Positions 58,525 to 64,000 of a stretch of DNA of 64,000 nucleotides are shown here, piece by piece. The stretch lies in contig CAVUKB010000010.1 in assembly GCA_963741955.1 (NCBI GenBank), positions 384,001 to 448,000 on the forward strand, in the 5' to 3' direction. The notes below the pieces were generated by a model. The model had not been told where the DNA came from, searched no databases, and saw only the letters and a program-made list of their open reading frames with translations. Position numbers and translations under genes: made by a program. Each line of letters opens with the position of its first letter. The first letter of the stretch is position 1. This DNA comes from an uncultured Acidobacteriota bacterium. GTDB lineage: Bacteria; Acidobacteriota; Thermoanaerobaculia; Gp7-AA8.

Positions 58525-60513
58525 TCAATGGCGCTCAGAGGAGTCCCGCGCAGCCAGTCTCGCGATGGTCGAGATGAGGTCCGCGGTGGCGACCGGCTTC
58601 GCGAGGAACTCGTCGAATCCGGAGTCGAGCGCCTTCTGTCGCGCTTCGGCCCCGGCGTAGGCGGTGACCGCGATGGCAGGAACGACGCTTCCGGCTTCCT
58701 TGCGGACGCTGCGGAGAAGTTCGTGTCCGTCCCCTCCCGGGAGAGCGATATCGCTCACGATGATCCGAGGCGTGCTGGAGCGGAAGAGTGAGAGCGCGTC
58801 GTCGGCCCGACCTGCGGTCGTGACTTCCGCTCCTGCGTTCTCGAGAGCGATCCGGAAGATGCCGCAGGTATCGGAATCGTCTTCGACCAGCAGCACGTTC
58901 ACTCCGTGAAGCGTCATCGCAGGCGAGCCCTCCCGGTTCGGATCGAGCGACGGGTTCCTCCGGTCTCCGGACCGTTGTCGCTCTTCCGGAACCCGGACTG
59001 TGATGGTGGTTCCCTTTCCGGAGCCTTCGCTGAACGCCTGAACGCTGCCCTGGTGCTGGTCGACGATTCCCTTGACGATGGCCAACCCGAGCCCGAGTCC
59101 TCCGTGCTCGCGCGTGGATGAGACGTCTTCCTGTCGGAATCGCTCGAAGACGAACGGGAGGAAATCGGGAGCGATACCCCGTCCGGAATCGGTCACCTTC
59201 AGCACCGCTTCGTCACTGTCACGATGGAGAGCGATGTCGATCTGCCCGCCGGCGGGCGTGAACTTCAGTGCATTCGAAACGAGATTCGTCAGGAGTTGGC
59301 GAAAGCGAAGAGCGTCGCCGGAGATCATGATTCCAGGTTCGACGTCGTCAGTCAGTGCGATCTCCTTCTGGAGCGCCATCGGCCGCATCGAGCTGGCCGC
59401 ATCCTGGATGGCGACGGAGAGATCGAACTCTTTTCGGTCCACTTCCAGATTCCCGCGCACGATCCGTGAGACGTCGAGCAGGTCGTCGATCATCTTGTTC
59501 TGGGCCCTGACACTCCCGGCGATCGCTTCGAGTGCGGACTTCCGGGTCGTCTCGTCATCCGAGACCTCCATCATCCCGGTCCAGCCGAGAATCACGGTGA
59601 GGGGAGTCCGCAACTCGTGTGAGAGGGTCGCCAGGAATTCGTCTTTGGCATCGTTCGCCCGGCGCAGCTCGGCTTCGATCTGTTTGAGAGAAGTGATGTC
59701 GTGGAGTACGACTACGGCGACCTCCGGGTGTCCGTAGAGGGGAGGAAAGACCTCTCCGTGGAGTTGCAGGATTCGCCGCTCGCCCCCGGCATTCCATTCC
59801 GTCTGCATCATTCCGAGCGATTCATGCCTGGAGATCCGCTCGAGTACCTCATTCGGGACGAGGCTCTGCGGCTGGGACGTGATTCTTGCCGCGGCGCGGT
59901 TGGCGAAGAGGATCCGCCGCTGCTCGGGAGCGATGATGAGAATGGGCGATGGAGCGAGATCGAAGACCGCTTCGAGCCATCGTTCCTGGCTGCGGATCGC
60001 TTCCGCGGCGCGCCGTTCGCTCTCGACCAGTGCGAGTTGCGATTCCTCCTGTTTTCTGCGGACCGCGTCGAGCTCCATCTCGTGCAGCCGCGCATTGCGA
60101 AGCGCGAGCGCGGCCTGGTCGGCGAGCGCGTCCAGCATCTGCGACTCTTCTTCGTCAGGAGGATGATCGCGGACCGCAAGGACGATCCCGTGGATCGTCT
60201 CTTCACTCACGATCGGCACTGCCATCACCCCGGCCCCGGGCGGGAGTTGCAGGCGCCTTCGTACCTCATCGATCACTCGCTCGTCGATTGGCTCCGACAG
60301 ATCGGAAAAGAGAGAGAGATCGACGCCGCTCGCCGCTCTTACCCGCAGTTCCCGGCTTTCACTATCCAGGAGCACCAGCGTTGCGTCGGCGGAGAGGAGA
60401 GACCGCGCGCTCTCTGCAATGGCCTGGAGGACGTCCGAAAAATCGAGACTTCCGGCGAGGGCGCGATTGATCACGGCCCACTGACGCCACATTCTGTCTC
60501 GAGCTGCTTTCAT
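58525..60513 (-). CDS. Hybrid sensor histidine kinase/response regulator (GAF-PAS-HisKA-HATPase-REC)
   Basis: FLATLSHELRTPL, NALKFT, GGLGLGL, VEDD..SDIALP..AKP. Confidence 0.95.
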   Translation of the reverse strand: MKAARDRMWRQWAVINRALAGSLDFSDVLQAIAESARSLLSADATLVLLDSESRELRVRAASGVDLSLFSDLSEPIDERVIDEVRRRLQLPPGAGVMAVPIVSEETIHGIVLAVRDHPPDEEESQMLDALADQAALALRNARLHEMELDAVRRKQEESQLALVESERRAAEAIRSQERWLEAVFDLAPSPILIIAPEQRRILFANRAAARITSQPQSLVPNEVLERISRHESLGMMQTEWNAGGERRILQLHGEVFPPLYGHPEVAVVVLHDITSLKQIEAELRRANDAKDEFLATLSHELRTPLTVILGWTGMMEVSDDETTRKSALEAIAGSVRAQNKMIDDLLDVSRIVRGNLEVDRKEFDLSVAIQDAASSMRPMALQKEIALTDDVEPGIMISGDALRFRQLLTNLVSNALKFTPAGGQIDIALHRDSDEAVLKVTDSGRGIAPDFLPFVFERFRQEDVSSTREHGGLGLGLAIVKGIVDQHQGSVQAFSEGSGKGTTITVRVPEERQRSGDRRNPSLDPNREGSPAMTLHGVNVLLVEDDSDTCGIFRIALENAGAEVTTAGRADDALSLFRSSTPRIIVSDIALPGGDGHELLRSVRKEAGSVVPAIAVTAYAGAEARQKALDSGFDEFLAKPVATADLISTIARLAARDSSERH

Positions 60514-61904
60514 GATTCCTGCGGCTGCGTATCGATCTCCATTCCCGAGGACGAGATCTCGAATCTTCTTTCGACGGGATCGTGGCCGCTGTTACGTGTC
60601 TTCAGGATTCGAATCCAACGCTGCATCTCCCGGTCGGCTTTGAACCGTAGCGTGAGAATGTTGTCGCTCATGTTCGAGACCTCGTCGCCGGTGACCTGCT
60701 GGAGGAGGAGAGCGGTGGGAACTTCGACCGTGATCAGCGTCGTAACCTCTTCCACGGCGAACCACTGTGTCAGGGAATAGAGATATTCGATCAGCCGCTG
60801 GGGGTCGTAGCTTCGGTGACGGAGGTCGCCCAGCGCGTCGATCACCAGACGGCGGATCTTCTGCTGGCGGACCCGCTGAAACAGCTCGACCACCACACTG
60901 TCGATCTGCATCTCGACCGGAGAACGGTACATGTGCTCCATGTTTCCGCTGGAGAGGAGAGCTTCGTCATCCCACCCGAAGTTGCGGAGGGTGGCGCGGA
61001 ACTGCACCGGATTTTCCTGAAACCCGAGATACAGCGTCTTCTCTCCTGCGAGCGCTCCGGTGATTGCGAAGCGCAACGCGAGTGCGGTCTTTCCGACTCC
61101 GGTCGGTCCCGCCACGAGAGAGGTGCTCCCTCGCAGGAATCCACCGTCGAGCATCGTATCCAGTCGGGGCACTCCGCTCTTCGCCCGTTCGAGACTCGGC
61201 GAGTAATCGGGGAAGTTCGCCGGAGTCCGCAGCCGCGGATAGACGTGGAGACCGTCAGCGTGAATGCCGAATGCGTGCATTCCCTCCAGCGAATCCGATC
61301 CGCGAAGCTTCTCCACTCGGAGAAACCGCTGCTCGCGCATGCCGCTGTGGACCTTCGACAGCTGGATGATTCCATCCGCGATGGCGAACTCCGGAAGCTC
61401 GGTCAGAGACTCCGGCGCGTATTCGCCGACCAGAATCGTCGTGCAGTCGAGCGAAGCGAGTACCGTCGCGAGCTCGAATACGATCTGTCGCCGATCTTCG
61501 GGGTGGAGACCGGGGCGGTTCAGAGCCTTGAATGAGTCGATGATCAGAACGCGAGGCTTGTGTTGCGCGGTCATTTCCGTCACCGTCTCGACCAGTGTCG
61601 AGAGTCCGGAGCTCTCGTTCACCAGCAGCCCCAGGTCCTCGTAGAAGACGGAGCGTCCGACCATATCGGGATCGAAAAACTCGTATGCACGTCCATGCAG
61701 GACGAACTTCTCCAGCGGTTCCGAAAACGTGGTCAGGTACAGGACCCGCTCCCCACGGCTTCCGTGAAAGAACGCAATCTGCTCGGCGAGGATGGTCTTG
61801 CCGGTGCCCGGCGCGCCCATCAGCACGTTCACGGAATGCCGAAGGAGACCTCCGCAGAGGATCTCGTCCAGCTCTTCGATCGAGGTGCTCAACCGGTCGA
61901 CCAT
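60510..61904 (-). CDS. KaiC-like double-domain ATPase
   Basis: Two RecA-type domains (GAPGTGKT, GPTGVGKT), VEKLRGS, ILKTRNSGH. Confidence 0.92.
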   Translation of the reverse strand: MVDRLSTSIEELDEILCGGLLRHSVNVLMGAPGTGKTILAEQIAFFHGSRGERVLYLTTFSEPLEKFVLHGRAYEFFDPDMVGRSVFYEDLGLLVNESSGLSTLVETVTEMTAQHKPRVLIIDSFKALNRPGLHPEDRRQIVFELATVLASLDCTTILVGEYAPESLTELPEFAIADGIIQLSKVHSGMREQRFLRVEKLRGSDSLEGMHAFGIHADGLHVYPRLRTPANFPDYSPSLERAKSGVPRLDTMLDGGFLRGSTSLVAGPTGVGKTALALRFAITGALAGEKTLYLGFQENPVQFRATLRNFGWDDEALLSSGNMEHMYRSPVEMQIDSVVVELFQRVRQQKIRRLVIDALGDLRHRSYDPQRLIEYLYSLTQWFAVEEVTTLITVEVPTALLLQQVTGDEVSNMSDNILTLRFKADREMQRWIRILKTRNSGHDPVERRFEISSSGMEIDTQPQES

Positions 61905-62308
61905 CATCCGTTCGTCAATCCCTTCTCCCGCAACAGCAGCGAGACCTTTTCGATCAGTACGTCCGGGTCGAATGGTTTGAGGAGGAATGCATCTGCTCCT
62001 GCTTCGAGCGCTCTCTTCGCCGCTTCGAGATGACTGATCAGAATGATCGCGACGGAGTTGCTCTGGCGATCGATCCTGATCGCGCGGCAGAGACTGAAGC
62101 CGTCCAGCCGTGGCACGAGGACCTCGCTCACCAGAAGATGCGGCCGGAGCTCGCGTGCGAGCGCGAGCGCGGAGATGCCGTCGCTCGCGAACTCGACTTC
62201 GAACCCTGCGTTCTCGAGGAGGTAACGCTCGAGTCGCTGAACCGCAGGGTTTCGCTCGACCACCAGAATCAGAGCGTGACCCGTACCAGACTCTGTGCGC
62301 TCAGCCAT
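61904..62308 (-). CDS. Single-domain atypical (pseudo-)receiver protein
   Basis: REC fold (ILVVERN..ASDG..PHLLVSEVLVPRLDG..FLLKPF) with Glu at the phospho-acceptor position. Confidence 0.85.
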   Translation of the reverse strand: MAERTESGTGHALILVVERNPAVQRLERYLLENAGFEVEFASDGISALALARELRPHLLVSEVLVPRLDGFSLCRAIRIDRQSNSVAIILISHLEAAKRALEAGADAFLLKPFDPDVLIEKVSLLLREKGLTNG

Positions 62309-62792
62309 CCTTTGATTTTCTCGGGAAAAGCACTCTATCAGAAACGGAGCCACCGGGTTCTGCAGGCTTCCGCTGCGACGGATACCGCCAGAAGCCCTGA
62401 CGCTCGTTCGCAGAGGCCGCGCTCCGGGGCGCTCCATTGGGGAATTGCATGACGGCATCGCGGGGAGGAAGGATCTTCTGTGCTTCCAACGGGTGATCCG
62501 CGGGGGTTCAGACATACGGGCGAAAATGCGAATCGCACTCGGTCTGCCGATGCGAAGAATGCTGATGCGTTCGCATCAGCCCATCGTGCTTGTGCGTCGG
62601 GTCACGCTCGGCCGGTTCGAGAACGATTGCGACTGCTCCGGGCGGAACTTACGTTGCTCTCAGCTGAACCCGCTGACGCCGGTCGGCAGGGCTCCGCGTG
62701 ACTCCCGTCCTCGAGTCCCTGATCGGTTCCCCTGAACCTCCGGCGTCCGGGCTGCCGCGTCGATTCATCGATGCGACCAGACTGGAGGATGC

Positions 62793-64000
62793 ATGAATTT
62801 CTCGATCAAGATTGATCCGGGTACCTGGGAGCAGTACATCTCCACCCCCTTCAAGGGGAAGACTCTTCTGATGAATCCATTCACGAACAAGGGGACTGCA
62901 TTCACCGCGCGCGAGCGCGACGAGCTCGATCTCCACGGCCTTCTCCCTCCGCAGATCTCGACCATCGAACAGCAGCTCGAACGGGTGTACGAGAACTTTC
63001 AAGCGAAACCGACCAACATCCTGAAGTTCACCTACATGGCCGATCTTCAGGACCGGAACGAAACGCTCTTCTACCGGCTCTGTCACGAACGGATCGACGA
63101 GATGATGCCGATCGTCTACACACCGGTGGTCGGCGAGGCGTGTCAGAAGTTCTCACACATCTACCGCCGCGCACGCGGGATGTACATCAGCTACGACCAG
63201 AGGGACCACATCGAGAAGGTTCTTCTGAATTACCACACCCAGCAACCGTCAGTAATCGTCGTGACGGATGGGGAGCGGATCCTCGGGCTCGGCGACCAGG
63301 GTGCCGGGGGAATGGGCATTCCGATCGGGAAGCTCTGCCTCTATACGCTCTGCGCCGGCGTTTCGCCATACAGCACTCTGCCGATTCTCCTCGACGTCGG
63401 CACGGACAACGAGGAGCGGCTCGCTGATCCTCTCTATCTCGGACTGCGCCAGAAACGCATCCGTGGTGAAGAGTACCAGGACTTCATCGACCGCTTCGTC
63501 GCTGCCGTGCGACGGGTGTTTCCGAACGTCCTCCTGCAGTGGGAAGACTTTCTCAAGGGAAACGCGATCAAGCAGCTGGAGCGCTTCCGCCACCAGCTCT
63601 CGACGTTCAACGACGACATCCAGGGAACCGCGGCGGTGGTGGTCTCCGGAATGTATGCGGCGATGAAGCTCACCGGAAAGAGAATGCGTGACCAGCGCCT
63701 CCTCTTCGCCGGAGCCGGCGCATCGGCACACGGAATCGCGGAGCTCTTCGTCTCGGCATTGATCGAAGACGGTCTCTCGCCGGAAGAAGCGCGGGCCCGG
63801 GTCTGGACGTGCGACACGAAGGGACTGGTCATGAACGACCGTCCCGGGCTGGAGGACTTCAAGGCGACGTACGCGCGTGATCGTGGCGAGGTCGAAGAGT
63901 GGATCTGCGCCGACCGAGCGAGGATCTCGCTCGAGGAGACGGTCGCCAATGTGAAGCCCACCATCCTGATCGGCGTCTCGGCGATGCCGGGTACCTTCAA
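62793..64000 (+). CDS. maeA: NAD-dependent malic enzyme (partial, runs off window end)
   Basis: Manual translation: MNFSIKID..NKGTAF..GLLPP..PIVYTPVVG..VTDGERILGLGDQG..QWEDF..FNDDIQGT..GAGAS; RBS GGAGG. Confidence 0.95.
   Translation, partial: MNFSIKIDPGTWEQYISTPFKGKTLLMNPFTNKGTAFTARERDELDLHGLLPPQISTIEQQLERVYENFQAKPTNILKFTYMADLQDRNETLFYRLCHERIDEMMPIVYTPVVGEACQKFSHIYRRARGMYISYDQRDHIEKVLLNYHTQQPSVIVVTDGERILGLGDQGAGGMGIPIGKLCLYTLCAGVSPYSTLPILLDVGTDNEERLADPLYLGLRQKRIRGEEYQDFIDRFVAAVRRVFPNVLLQWEDFLKGNAIKQLERFRHQLSTFNDDIQGTAAVVVSGMYAAMKLTGKRMRDQRLLFAGAGASAHGIAELFVSALIEDGLSPEEARARVWTCDTKGLVMNDRPGLEDFKATYARDRGEVEEWICADRARISLEETVANVKPTILIGVSAMPGTF

Noticed and set aside
62309-62792. Small ORFs between the receiver gene and malic enzyme (62445-62735, 62480-62701)
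   Set aside because: No recognisable domain or clear RBS; treated as a divergent intergenic region.

Overview
A GC-rich bacterial chromosomal segment. The gene repertoire (paired Oar-like TonB-dependent receptors, TLPSH-type sulfatase-fold/TPR lipoproteins, MtrC-like decaheme) suggests Acidobacteriota, possibly Thermoanaerobaculia; this is inference only. About 45 CDS. In order: MacA-like adaptor and Spy/CpxP divergent from a LytS/LytTR pair; Uma2 nuclease; diheme cytochrome-TPR; valS-birA-coaX-ggt-rpiA operon; tsaD; a candidate structured ncRNA; TIGR01777 oxidoreductase; two TBDR paralogs followed by two sulfatase-fold/TPR paralogs; GGDEF-lexA-XRE; FHA protein; MCP-cheW-hldA-hldC-waaC; pilB-pilT-pilC-pilS; ruvB; NYN-nadB; UbiA prenyltransferase; qNOR; DUF2157 pair; NrdR-controlled nrdJ; a stand-alone decaheme; pseudo-receiver/KaiC-like/hybrid kinase; malic enzyme. 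No rRNA, tRNA, CRISPR or transposase was seen. The most striking non-genic signal is about 12 intergenic 7-bp tandem arrays. They differ in sequence but share a CGNNNCY frame and a strict polarity relative to gene 5' and 3' ends, and they are often nested with REP-like hairpins or abut leaderless promoters. Other leads: a 158-bp tandem duplication with terminal-inverted-repeat-like ends, a multi-stem RNA after tsaD, a DnaA-box-like array plus a 50-aa uORF ahead of nrdJ, and a cluster of +1 frameshifts (including lexA) at 26.1-27.6 kb that may be assembly errors. All product calls come from motif recognition by eye, not database searches.
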